From the NCBI GenBank assembly GCA_951406725.2, contig OX597818.1, positions 44,268,001 through 44,332,000 of the forward strand: a stretch of DNA of 64,000 nucleotides, written 5' to 3'. Positions 12,803 through 25,559 of the stretch are shown here, one piece after another. Under the pieces are notes generated by a model that was not told the DNA's origin, made no database searches, and was given only the letters and a program-made list of their open reading frames with translations. Source of the DNA: Octopus vulgaris. Its lineage: Eukaryota. Numbering within the stretch: the first letter of the stretch is position 1; every line of letters begins with the position of its first letter. The translations under genes were made by a program, and so were the position numbers.

Positions 12803-13407
12803 TTTTACTCTTTTCAATCATTTGACTGATGCCATGCTGGAGCACTGCCTTTAGTCGAGCAAATCAACCCTAGGATTATTCTTTGTAAGCTTAGTACTTA
12901 TTCTATCGGTCTCTTTTGCCAAACCGCTAAGTTACAGTGACGTAAACACACCAGCATCGGTTATCAAGTGATGATGGGAGGACAAACAGACACACAAACA
13001 TATGCACATACATATACATAAATATATATGTATACGATGGGCTTCTTTCAGTTTTTAGTTGAGCAAATTGACCTCAGGGTTTATTCTTTGTAAGCCTAGT
13101 ACTTATTCTATAGGTCTCTTTTGCCAAACTGCTAAGTTACAGGGACGTAAACACACCAGCATCGGTTGTCAAGCGATGTTGGGGGGACAAACACAGACAC
13201 ACAAACATATACACATACATACATATATATGACGGGCTTCTTTCAGTTTCCGTCTACCAAATCCACTCACAAGGTTATAGTCAGCCCGAGGCTATAGTAG
13301 AAGACACTTGCCCAAGGTGCCACACAGTGGGACTGAACTCAGAACTCAGAACTCAGAACCATGTGGTTGGTTAGCAAGCTACTTACCACACAGCCACTCC
13401 TACACCT
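12803..13407 (-). mobile_element. SINE family A with duplicated 3' half
   Basis: 12850-13051 and 13052-13250 are tandem homologous segments. Confidence 0.9.
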
Positions 13408-15324
13408 GGCCAAATTTCAAGAATTTCACTGGATACTACTCACACAATGAATGAAAATTACTTGAAAGCATAAACTAATGGATCAACCAATGAAAATAAA
13501 CTTTTAATTTTCTTTGAAGAAGAAAACTGAACAAAACAGCAATTTTCCTCTCAACTTGAATTATTATGGTTCTATTATAAAGGGCTGTGCAATAGCAAAA
13601 TTGATACAGAGTCGAGCAAAATGCATAGTGCTATGTACTTATCCGTCTCTTTTATCCTTATCCAAACTTTTTAATCCTTCTTAGTTTGATAAAAAGATGA
13701 CTAGATAAATGGACTGACATAATTGACTATAATTTTCTCCAAATTTTATGGCCTTGTGCCAATCTTAAGACACTTTTATTACTCAGTCTGTTAAAATAAG
13801 GTTTTGTATGATAGCTTCCCACACTAGCCTTATATTTAAGATAAATAAGTAATTACACTGAACTTTATTTAACAAACATTTTATGTGGAATAGAATTTAT
13901 TGACTTTTCAATACTTGCCTGAACAAAAGACTTTGAAATAAGCAGTTACTACATAGCTGTCTTCAGTATTGTATTTTCCTCATCATGACTGATGATAAAG
14001 CAAGTCTGAGATTTTCATACGTTAATTAAACAGCTACTAGTGACTTTTATTATCTATGTCAGATTATCAAATAGCTGGAAGTCACAACACAAAGCATTCT
14101 CGTCAATGATTCTTATCAGAAATTTTATGTGAAATGTATTAGCCTAACTTTCACTCTTTCAAATTTCTCTAGTCTGATGCAAGCATGCCTTTGTGGCTAA
14201 GAATAATAATAAGCTTAAATTGGAACTAATTTTTGGAATCTAGGTGTAGTCTTAAGACCGTACTACTAACATGTCATAGGAAGCCATTAGTATGTATTTG
14301 GATAAGCTCAGAAGAAATGGGATTGTTAAGTGGATCTTAGAAGAGCAATACACTGAATGGTGAGCTAGGAAATTGCTCTTTATTAATTGGAAAACTATTA
14401 ATTAATGATACTGTGTCAGTAATTGTAACTTTAAAAGCCTCCATTTGTCATTTTATAAGGGATCCATTTTACAAATACTTTATTTCAACATCAAGTAAAT
14501 AGAAGATTAACATCAAAGACGTGGTGCATAATTAATTGCATACTGCTTGAGTTTTCGTGCAGATTCTTCCTTGATACAAAGCTGTCAGCATAAATATCTT
14601 GCAACAAGAGCACTTCTAACCACTTGAACAGAGTCTTGGAAGTCAGTTTAAAATAAACCTTTGACTCTGGAAGAAAAGAATGCTTCTCATACACAGAACT
14701 CTTTCTATAATGCAAGCCCGATCAACCTAACTGTATCTATTCCATATCTTTGAGTAGTTTGTGATCCACTTTGTAATTAGTAAGCTGGTATTAGATTTCC
14801 TTTATGGTATGTGCTCACACACGCACACACACACACAACTATGTACAACAGTCACAAATGTTTTCTCTCTCTCACACACATCATCATCATCGTTTAACGT
14901 CCGCTTTCCATGCTAGCATGGGTTGGACGATTTGACTGAGGGCTGGCAACCAGATGGCTGCACCAGATTCCAATCTTGATCTGGCAGAGTTTCTACAGCT
15001 GGATGCCCTTCCTAACGCCAACCACTCCGAGAGTGTAGTGGGTGCTTTTACATACATCAGCCAAACAAAACTGGTGCTAACTGTTAAATTTGAATACACT
15101 TCTACAAAATAAGACTTGATATGTTTCAAAGATGCACTTGTTTGACAAGTGATTTGATCTGAAACTGTTGAAACTAAAAGAATTACAGTGTGGAAGACCA
15201 CACATTAACCATTTAGAAACACACAAAAACTATAAACTTCACTGAACCATTTATTATTTGGTGTTAAATTTTTTACTGCATTAACTGCAGCCTCATCACT
15301 GCCATTAATAATTTTTGAATACGC

Positions 15325-15675
15325 TTTACTCTTAAGTCGAACAAATCGACCCCAGGACTTATTCTTTGTAAGCCTAGTACTTATTCTATCGGTGACTTTT
15401 GCTGAACTGCTAAGTTACGGGGACATAAACACACCGACAGCAGTCATCAAGCGATTATGGGAGGTGACAAATACAGACACACAAACATATACATGCATAT
15501 ATATATATATACATACGACAGGCTTCTTTCAGTTTCCGTCTACCAAATCCACTCACGAGGCTTTGGTCAGCCTGTGACTATAGCAGAAGACACTTGCCCA
15601 AGGTGCCACGCAGTGGGACTGAATCTAGAACCATGTGGTTGGTAAGTAAGCTACTTACCACACAGCCACTCCTGC
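15325..15675 (-). mobile_element. SINE family A
   Basis: Matches family A. Confidence 0.88.
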
Positions 15676-16726
15676 ATGGCTAAGTTTTGCTTCCTACACT
15701 GTAATTGTTTGTTTATCTTATAAAGTTATGCCACAAAACTATTACAGAGGAGTCATAGTGTTAGCTTCTATGCAGCTGCTGAACCTACTAAAAATAGTAG
15801 CTAAATCTCATTCAAATCATACCCTGACATCTTAAATAATATTTCGAGTTTTTAATGTATTTTTAACACTATTGTCAATGTAGATAATGTATCTTATTGA
15901 AGTGTATTTTTAATTCCTTTAATCTTTCTAAAAATAAAAACAGTCATGGCAAGAAACTGGAATACATAATCTCTGTGCAAGGCTGTATAGAAAGAATATT
16001 AAGTGAGTTGCATAAGTTCTTGTGCCATGATGACAATTAAATTCTACTGTTTTCGGAGAAAAGTTTTGTAAATTTCATTGACTGATATTCCCCATCAATA
16101 CTTTCCTTGATGTTTTGCTTATTTTCTTTTGTTTTTATTTGTCGCCTGTGCTTGATATGTAGATGAGATATTAAACATGTCAATAAAAGAAGAAAAATAA
16201 AAAGTGAGCAAAGAAGAGAAAGAAAAGTTCAATTTCTGCTGCCAGTAAACTTAAGAAAATGGTATTTTTTCCCCGATTGTTCTGATAATTCACAAGAGCT
16301 GTTATATTGCTATCAATAACCTTAAAGAAAAGTACATCAAACTTGACCATTCTTATAAACTGAAGCGCTCTCACGGCTATATTTATAGCTTTATTAATTC
16401 TGAAGTTGTTAACATTTTTGCCATTCATCATTGAGATGGGTTTGACATGATTAAATAACTATTTAAAGCTGTCTTCAGTTCAATTTTTATAGCACCTTCC
16501 ATGTATTTTACTAGATTGCTAACTTGAATCAGCTGAGCAGGATTATAGCTAGAATGTTTTCAGCAAGTGACTAAAATAAGATTTCTCCTTAAACAGATTG
16601 GTTTTCTTCTTTCGTGGTGATAATGTTGATTGTATCTCTGTGACCAGCTAGTATCTCTTCCTGCATCCAGATCAGCAGAAACAGTTCACAAGGCTTTGTT
16701 GTTAGTGCATGATTTTTAAATTTATA

Positions 16727-16893
16727 GGTGCAGGAGTGGCTGTGTGGTAAGTAGCTTGCTTACCAACCACATGGTTCTGGGTTCATTCCCACTGCATGGC
16801 ACCTTGGGCAAGTGTCTTCTACTATAGCCTCGGGCCAACCAAAGCCTTGTAAGTGGATTTGGTAGATGGAAACTGAAAGAAGACCGTCGTATG

Positions 16894-16948
<55 letters not shown>

Positions 16949-17166
16949 GTGTGTGTATATGTTTTTATGTCTGTTTGTACCCCCAACATCGCTTGACAAC
17001 TGATGGTGGTATGTTTACGTCCCCGTAACTTAGCGGTTCGGTGACAGAAACCGATAGAATAAGTACAAGGCTTCCAAAGAATAAGTCCTGGGGTCGATTT
17101 GCTCGACTAAAAGGCGGTGCTCCAGCATGGCCACAGTCAAATGACTGAAACGAGTATAAGAGTAAA
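16727..17166 (+). mobile_element. SINE family A
   Basis: Full-length match. Confidence 0.9.
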
Positions 17167-17467
17167 CCTGTTTGAATCCTGTTGGATCTGAGTGTTTCTT
17201 TTGATTTTTAGAGAATGAATTGTTCTTTTAGTTTCTTCAATATCAATTGTGATGTGGCTACATTGTTCATTATTATGGTGCATAAAATAATTGTTAAATC
17301 TGGTGGACAATCATCCTTGACTCTGAGGGATTGCCAACGATGATAATTAATTAAATATATAAATATGTGTACACACACACACACACATGTATTTTTTTTT
17401 ATACCATATTTATAAATCACAAAGCAAATGATAGAAATAAAAATCTGATTCAGAGAATTTTACTTAC

Positions 17468-17628
17468 TTGTGACAAGTTTGGGTTTGAACTAACTGGTGA
17501 TGGATTCGAGTAGAGGGAAAAACTTGATGCCCCGGATTTTGACTCATCAATTTCCAAGGAACTTGATCGGCCTCCTAGCTTATGACGAATGAATGCAGAA
17601 CTTCTTTGAGCAGGATCTAACGGTTGTA
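17468..17628 (-). CDS. STAC: STAC-family adaptor exon (Ser-rich linker)
   Basis: poly-T ctag|...|gtaagt, 161 nt, phase 1-0, open frame QPLDPAQRSSAFIRHKLGGRSSSLEIDESKSGASSFSLYSNPSPVSSNPNLSQ. Phases fit both neighbouring exons. Confidence 0.85.
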
Positions 17629-18545
17629 CTAGAAAAAAAAAATGCTTTAAATTAGTGGGTAACTTATCTAATTTGTATGAAGTGCTGTGACTAAATATGG
17701 ATTTTCAGGTATTACAGAAGTTCAATCTTGATGTGTTTTGCTTTAGTTGAAGTTTGTCAATGAAGTGCAACCTTTCTGTAACTAGTTGGAGTGGTAGTGA
17801 GACAGAAAATTGTTAATTTGTTGGTTGTCTTTTATAAAATGAAAATAATATTAACTAGCTTATATTCTTTTTTTCATCATATGCTCAAATATACTTTAGT
17901 TGTAATCGCTGAATATATTTTTGGTTAAATAAATGACAGGCAAGTGTTATCCAATGTAACCATTAATTATTGCATGCATTTCAGAAATGAAAATATTTTG
18001 TATTTTGTAAAAAAAAAACCTGCCCACATTAAAAAAAAAAAAAGGTTTGTTGTAATTTATATATCATAGATCATTTCCACTTCCTGCCTTGTTGTCTCTT
18101 CTAATTTCTTATAAACTAAAGTAGTAGATTTTGTTTTGAGCATCTACTATAAAACTGTCATTTCAATGCAACTGTCTCTTCTCATTACTGACAATGTGGT
18201 ATCCATTCTCGTCAGAACTCTGCAAACATCTATCCAACTCATGTTTTTCTAAAAACAATATTAACTTACACATGTCCAAACTAAACATTCATCACAAAAA
18301 ACATTATATAAACATTCTACTCCTCCAGTTCATTGTGAAAAAGAGCTTACTAATCAAGTTTCTTGAGTATAATCTAACATTTTGGCAACAGAGGCAGATA
18401 CTAATATATATTTTCAAATATAAGAATAAGCCTTTACAGTGGTTTATAAATCACTGCAGGGTGGGGATCTTAATGTTTATTATGATTCCACCCCTACACC
18501 AAACGAATTGCCCAACATGTCCTCATACTTCCTGTTATGAGACTA

Positions 18546-18776
18546 TTAACCCTTTTGTTACCTTATTTATTTTGAGATGCTCTGTGTTTCTTTCGATTAC
18601 TTTAAACAAAACAAAGAATTTAATAAAATAACTTAGTCATCATTCAGCTAGTATTAAGAACATAAGTTGTGACTAAGCTTTAGTAGAAGATTTTAATTCA
18701 AAAACTTATGAAAACAAGACATTTGTATTACAGAGCCAGAGCCAGTTTCAGCCAGGTTGGTTAACGAAAGGGTTAA
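18546..18776. mobile_element. TTAA-flanked MITE (piggyBac-like CCC..GGG ends)
   Basis: ttaa|cccttttgtta...taacgaaaggg|ttaa. Confidence 0.8.
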
Positions 18777-19248
18777 CAATCATCATTATCATCAGTCCTG
18801 TTAAGTGCCCATATGATTCCAAATCATAAGGATTTTATCATGTAGAGGGCATCATAGGAAACAATAATAGGATTCACATGCCATATCTCAGACTTTGGTT
18901 TCCATATCCACAAGGGATATAAATACGCATAGCTCCAGATAAGAACCCCAGCAATTTCGGGGGAGGGATAAGGGCTCAGCTGATCTTTATTATATTGACC
19001 CAGAAAGGATGAAAGACAAAATCAACCTCAGCAGAATTTGAACTCTGAACATAAAGATAGACAAAATGTTGCCAAGCATTTTGCCTGGCATGCTAACAAT
19101 TCTGCCAGCTCACTATCTAACTGTCTGTTAATATTAAGAAATTTAAATATTTTAGTTTGGAAAAGAAGATTAATATACTCCATAAGCTGAGGATCTGAAT
19201 AAAAAAGAAATAGCAAATTACTTCTGTTGGAGAAGGGACGCTATATTT

Positions 19249-19301
<53 letters not shown>

Positions 19302-19326
19302 AGAGAAGAAATTAAATTAAATTATA

Positions 19327-19489
19327 GGTGCAGGAGTGGCTGTGTGGTAAGTAGCTTGCTTACCAACCACATGGTTCCGGGTTCATTCCCACTGTGTGGC
19401 ACCTTGGGCAAGTGTCTTCTACTATAACCTTGGGCCAACCAAAGCCTTGTGAGTGGATTTGGTAGACAGAAACTGAAAGAAGCCCGTCG

Positions 19490-19532
<43 letters not shown>

Positions 19533-19760
19533 ATGTTTTTATGTCAGTGTTTGTCCTCCCAGCATCTGTGTTTGTCTCCCCCAACATTGCTTGACAACCG
19601 ATGGTGGTGTGTTTACATCCCTGTAACTTAGCAGTTTGGCAAAAGAGACCGATAGAATAAGTACTAGGCTGCCAAAGAATAAGTCCTGGGGTTGATTTGC
19701 TCGACTAAAGGTGGTGCTCCAGCATGGCCGCAGTCAAATGACTGAAACAAATAAAAGAGT
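19327..19760 (+). mobile_element. SINE family A
   Basis: Full-length match. Confidence 0.9.
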
Positions 19761-21671
19761 ACTGGTGAACAGGATGGACCAGCCAGAAAGTAGACTGTTC
19801 TGATGGATATTACAAAAGGAAGTAATTTTTCTCTTTTGCCTTATCTGTCTTGCAGTTGCTTCACTCTTCTAACTTATACCAGTTATGCATTCTAAGCTAT
19901 TTTTTCTTCATTTATTAAAGCACCATAAATTCAACTTTGAATGGAATTTTCCTCTTGCCTCTTACCTAGTCCTTTTACCTCTACACCTAATCATCTTACC
20001 TCTTACCAAGTCCCACCAAGATGTGTGTTAAGTTGAATGAGTTTGTTAGTTCCATTTCAAGTATAGTTGTGTTGATTTTTGCCAAAACTTGTTTGTTTAC
20101 TTAAAGTTATATACGGCTAATTTAAATTTACACAAACTACCATTTATAGTCTACATCACCTACTTTTTTTTACACATTATTTAAAAGAACATTTTTGTAA
20201 ACCACATATTGATACATTGCTTCATAATGTCTTTGAATCATGTTTAGATTAGATAGGTCTAAATATATTGGTGAAAATTTAAGAGAAAGAATCGTGCATA
20301 TGCAAATACAATAATCATCATCATCACTGAATATCTGTTTTCTATGCTGTCATGGGTTGGATGGCTTGACAAGATCAGGTGAGCCATAGGGCTGCTCCAA
20401 GACCCAATGTCAACTTTAATACAGTTTCTAAGGCTGGATGTCCTTCTTAATGCCAACAAAATTACAGTGTGTGTTGCATGCATTTTTTTCATGCCACTAC
20501 CACTAGTGAGGTTGTCAAGTAACTTGCAAGACAGGAAAAAGCCCCTAATACAGCTAAAGCTTTAATGTGTTATACAGCCCCAAGTTAGCTCTGAGCAATC
20601 AGACCTATGGCACACAACTGGTTGGCTAAATGACCAGATTTGAGCAATGATCTGCTCTAGATATATCACACTCTGCTTAACTGAGAACTACACTGCACAC
20701 ATGACTTGCAAAAGCTATTTCCATAGGGTGCAGTGTGACAACCATGATATATTATATTCTCTTTATCATTCAGGTTATTTCTGTACACCAACCCAGATTG
20801 AACAGAACTATGATAAATGGAATTCCAGATGTGACCAACTTCTCTCTTTCAGAAGTATGTAAGAATACAATATTTAGTATATCGTGTACTTGTGTAAGTT
20901 GGCGGAGTGTGACTGAAGGAAATCTAGCAGGTATTTTTAGCAGGTTGAGTATACTGTTGATGACCATATGGCAGCAGGAAATGTGGACCCAACCAGAGTA
21001 TGACAGTTGTGTTCCTCACCCCTTATCATTGGTAGTATACATCGCAGTATAGCATTGGAAGCAATTAGTGGTTTTTGTATGTACACATTATGTAATTTTT
21101 TACTGAATTGATTAGGAAAGAAAGTATTTTAAGTTTACTATCTGAGTAAGTTCTCAGGTGTTGTTGAAATGTCTGTTTGTTTAGGGGTGATTGTATACGT
21201 AAATATGTCATCAAACTGAAAAATGTTTTGACCTTCACCAGATTAGATGCACAGTATGTTATATAAGTTTGAAAAAGTACTTCACTATTCAAGCATGAAA
21301 TTTGAAATAGCTTATGTATAATTCTTGTATTCATTAAATGTGATATATATACATATGAAATGATTGAGCAATCATTATCTCAATGAGTGAAATGATGCTA
21401 TCAGTTTAACTTATTCTGAAGATGCTATTTGCTATCTATATTCTAATATTATACACATGAATATGAAATTGTATGTTTACTTGGTAGCAATATTTTTAGT
21501 AAGAATCAATATATCAAAAGTCTCAGTTTTTTTTAGTGTTGATATATTAAATTTATGTGTTTTGACATTTCAAATAATTTTAAAAAATTTCAGTAGATAT
21601 TAAAAACTGTAACTAGCAGATCAATCATCTAAAACTAATGATCATATATGATATATATATGATTTTTGACA

Positions 21672-21705
<34 letters not shown>

Positions 21706-22432
21706 TTTTCTCACTGTTTGCTGTGAATGCTTGTCAGTTTATATTGTATGCTATAAATAACGATTTCATCTAGCAATTCTAACTGCAATTTAATTGGTAA
21801 CAAATATGTGGGAAGTTAGTTGTCAACAGTTAAGTATTTTAAACTACACAACTAAAATACAATCTGAAGCATAGCATTTCAAATAATCACCACTGTTGCT
21901 GTTGCTACCACCTTCAATTTGAAGCTTGTTTTTTCCGTATGTTTTTATTTATATTTTCACCTGTGAGTATTTGATACACATGTAATTTCAGGATAGTTAA
22001 ATACATGAAACACTTGACACCCAGAGAGAAGGTTGATTTGATCTAATTTTTCAAACATTGATTTCTTTATGGAACTAATAAACTTCCCTTAGTCCTAAAC
22101 ACCAAGTACCATCTCTTTCTTAGATTCCCTCCTATCTGTTTACTAACACTTCGTTAAATACATCGTGCCATGAATTCTCATTCCATTTAAATGCTACACG
22201 AGTTTCATCTTATGTAGTCTGTTAATATTGTCTCTATTAATTTACAGCCTAGGGAGGTATTAGAAAGTAGGCAATTGATTTTGCATTCCAAAGTTCATGT
22301 TTGATAGAATCAATTGTTTGTTTCCACATTACCTGGTGACATTATATAATGAAAGTATAATAGAATAAAAACTAATATTGTTGAAGGGGAAATAATATCT
22401 GCCTTGTGATAGAGAGAGAGAAATAAATGTAC

Positions 22433-22456
22433 CTTCTGACTGTTGGTAATCATTAT
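22433..22456 (-). CDS. candidate 24-nt microexon of the STAC-like gene
   Basis: tttatttcctgcattgcaatcag|AT AAT GAT TAC CAA CAG TCA GAA G|gtacat. Phase 1-1 with no stop. Confidence 0.4.
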
Positions 22457-22797
22457 CTGATTGCAATGCAGGAAATAAATCTAAGACTGCACTTTAAATC
22501 TATTGCTTGATGAGGAATTTGTTGCAATGTGGGATTTATTAATGCCTCTTTTGTCTCCACAATCTTTTGAATACTAATTCTCATTTTGAATTCCTAAGAG
22601 ATACTTTTCAGATCATTCATAGAAATTACTATTGAGTGCTGCTGGGAAATAGTTTGAAGCACTTCATAAAATTTGGCTAACACACACTACACAATTTTCA
22701 AGGCACTACAACAGCTGCTCTGCTATTGAATTGTATAGTGTATATAAACAATTGTATTATAGAAAAGGAGTTTTGAATTAAATAATTTGTTACTTAC

Positions 22798-22818
22798 ATC
22801 GAAATCCAGCATGATGAA
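22798..22818 (-). CDS. candidate 21-nt microexon of the STAC-like gene
   Basis: AG-free pyrimidine-rich tract, then acag|TT CAT CAT GCT GGA TTT CGA T|gtaagt (consensus donor). Phase 1-1. Confidence 0.5.
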
Positions 22819-23057
22819 CTGTAATGTTTATCCAATGGTGAGAATGCAATAATTTTAGAAAGTGAAGAAAGCAGTAAAATATTAGTTTGTAAAAATAAAA
22901 GAAAAATTCGAAAAAGCGTAGAAAGTTTGTCAAGACTTTTAGAGGAGTTGGTTGACAATTAATTTGATGAAGAGAGGCTTCTTGTACTGAAAAAAAGTAG
23001 GAAGAGGACTCTAACCAGAATAATATTTTAGGAAGACAAACTATACTTGAAGATAAA

Positions 23058-23451
23058 TCTCTCTATATATAAAGCTGAAGTTGTCTGTGTATGGCAGGTT
23101 TGGTAGCCTTCAACTAACACTATCTCCTCCAAGATCCTGAGGAGCAAGTTGACCAAAATTAAGAGGATGATAGAAGATGGCTTGCTCTTCCTTCCATAGA
23201 AGAAAAAATTCAAATCAGATCATGTTAACATCAAAAATTATTTACATCAAAAAGGTGCTTTTTTTCTATGAAAATCCCTTTTTTTTTTACGATGTTTTGA
23301 CTGCTGTGTCACCATTTATCGGTGTATTTCAACCAGAAAAATGTTCACTTAAAGAGAATAACAAGCTACATAATACAACATTTTTACTTTTCAAAAATTC
23401 CAATTCTAAAGTGTCGAAACAAACCCGAGCAACGTCGGGTGATACTGCTAG
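23058..23451 (+). mobile_element. non-autonomous Helitron
   Basis: A|TC start, 3' hairpin cccgagcaacgtcggg, CTAG|T end, no TSD. Confidence 0.85.
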
Positions 23452-24235
23452 TATAATGATAAAGTTAAATGTTAAATTGGGTTGCTGGTCTTCTTGCTTG
23501 AGCAGACTGATGATGATCAGAAAACTGAACATATTCCTGTATATTACAAATATCTATATATAAATATATATTACTGACTGACTGAATAATTAAGATTCAA
23601 TATGTAATGTCTTAATTATTGATGAGTTATTAATGAAGCATTGACCACAAATTTTTCATTCAATGTTTTGGGAAAAAGAAAAAAATATTTTTTGTTTCCT
23701 GAAGTCATATTGTTTTTATATCAAAAAATAAATTCCAATTAATCCATGAAAATAAATATTTGAAAGGCTTTTGTTGTCAATTTTCTTTTGATATACAACG
23801 ATGTGGTTGCTTGTATTTTCCTCTAGGTTCAGCCTTGGTTCAGTAGACATTTAATAAAAGATGCTCCATCTGAGCCGTATATCTTTTATCCAGATATACA
23901 TTACTCAACGTGCTTTCATTTTTAAGGAAGTTCAGTGTAATGTGGGAGGGATCGACTGCTAGTTCTAGCAGATAAAGTAACTATGTAGTAGCTTTCTCTT
24001 TGATTTTCAAGCAGGTATGGCTACGAGGCAGCCTGTGATATACATTGATGTTTAAAATGATTTTTGATGATCCTTTTAGCTATGGACTAAAAGGACTAGG
24101 TAGAATGTGTGAACAATGACTAAAATTAATAAAGAACTTTGGTAAAAACTTATGGTAAAAGTAATTCAGAACATTCAGCAGTTGAAGAATGCAAATACTG
24201 CTTGACTGTGGTTTGATTCATTTAACTTGGGGAGT

Positions 24236-24448
24236 TACTCTTTTACTTGTTTCAGTCATTTGACTGTGGCCATGCTGGAGCACCGCCTTTAGTCGAGCAA
24301 ATCGGCCCCAGGACTTATTCTTTGTAAGCCTAGTACTTATTCTATCGGTATCTTTTTGCCGAACCACTAAGTTACGGGGACGTAAACACACCACCATCTG
24401 TTGTCAAGCGATGTTGCAGGGACAAACACAGACACACAAACATATACA

Positions 24449-24491
<43 letters not shown>

Positions 24492-24652
24492 CGGGCTTCT
24501 TTCAGTTTCTGTCTACCAAATCCACTCACAAGGCTTTGGTCGGCCCGAGGATACAGTAGAAGCCACTTGCCCAAGGCGCCACGCAGTGGGACTGAACCTG
24601 AAACCATGTGGTTGGTAAGCAAGCTACTTACCACACAGCCACTCCTCTGCCT
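24236..24652 (-). mobile_element. SINE family A
   Basis: Full-length match. Confidence 0.9.
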
Positions 24653-25002
24653 ATGAGAGCATTTTGCTACAAAGATATAGCTAATTCCAAATTGAGTCTC
24701 AAAATTGTCAGGAGATTCTCTATATATACTCTCAATATTGGTAGAAATATATCTTTAATTCCTTTTGAACTTGGAATTTATTTTAGAAATACTTGAATGT
24801 ATTGACAGTACTATGGTCGAATATTAAAACTTTGATTTTTGATGTTTTTGAAAAATATTAAATCACTCATTCGATTTCTTTCATAAAGAAATTTATAGAA
24901 CTAAAAAGCTCATTACACTGATCACTTACATGTATTCTTAAACATTGATATAAAACAGAATGATTAGCTTATAAGTCATTTGTTTTCTTTTCCTTTGAAA
25001 TT

Positions 25003-25446
25003 GTAAAGTATACTAGCCACTAAGGGTGGGTGTTACTGTAGCTTTTAGCCCAGGAGATTATCGTCTTCAGCTGGCTTTAGGCACACTTTCTGTGCCCTTG
25101 TGGTATTTGCAAAGGGAGGTCATCCCTCTCTCATCAACCTAAGTGATACGCACGGACTGCAGTTTCTAGGTATTTGCCTGTCTTCGGCGTATGGCAATCA
25201 CCAGTTTTCGATGAAGGGAGACCATTTGCAAATACTTATTTATTGTTTTTCTAGTAACTTCCATCACTGATTTCGAAAAACTGTCTGCAAGCAATAACAA
25301 ATCTCTGAACAAGATGTAAACAGTAACTGCTTGACAACGTAAAGTATACTAGCCATCTCAATATGGCTAACCACTAAGGGTGAGATGGCTAGTATACTTT
25401 ACGTTGTCGAGCAGTTACTGTTTACATCTCGTTCAGAGATTTATTA
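25003..25446. mobile_element. non-coding retro-type insertion: one monomer, a partial tandem copy and a terminal inversion, with 13-bp TSD
   Basis: TSD ttcctttgaaatt at 24990-25002 and 25447-25459. Start motif gtaaagtatactagcc recurs at 25339. 25293-25360 is inverted at 25381-25448. Confidence 0.8.
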
Positions 25447-25559
25447 TTCCTTTGAAATTATTATATTAGAAATATTATCATCCATTTGTCTTATCATGTT
25501 CATTTGTATGCACTCATGTAAAATACTTATAATTAAGGGCAATGAAATACTAGAAAAAC

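Noticed and set aside
18194-18631. 145-aa ORF
   Set aside because: No motif, runs into a MITE, and has the composition of random AT-rich DNA.
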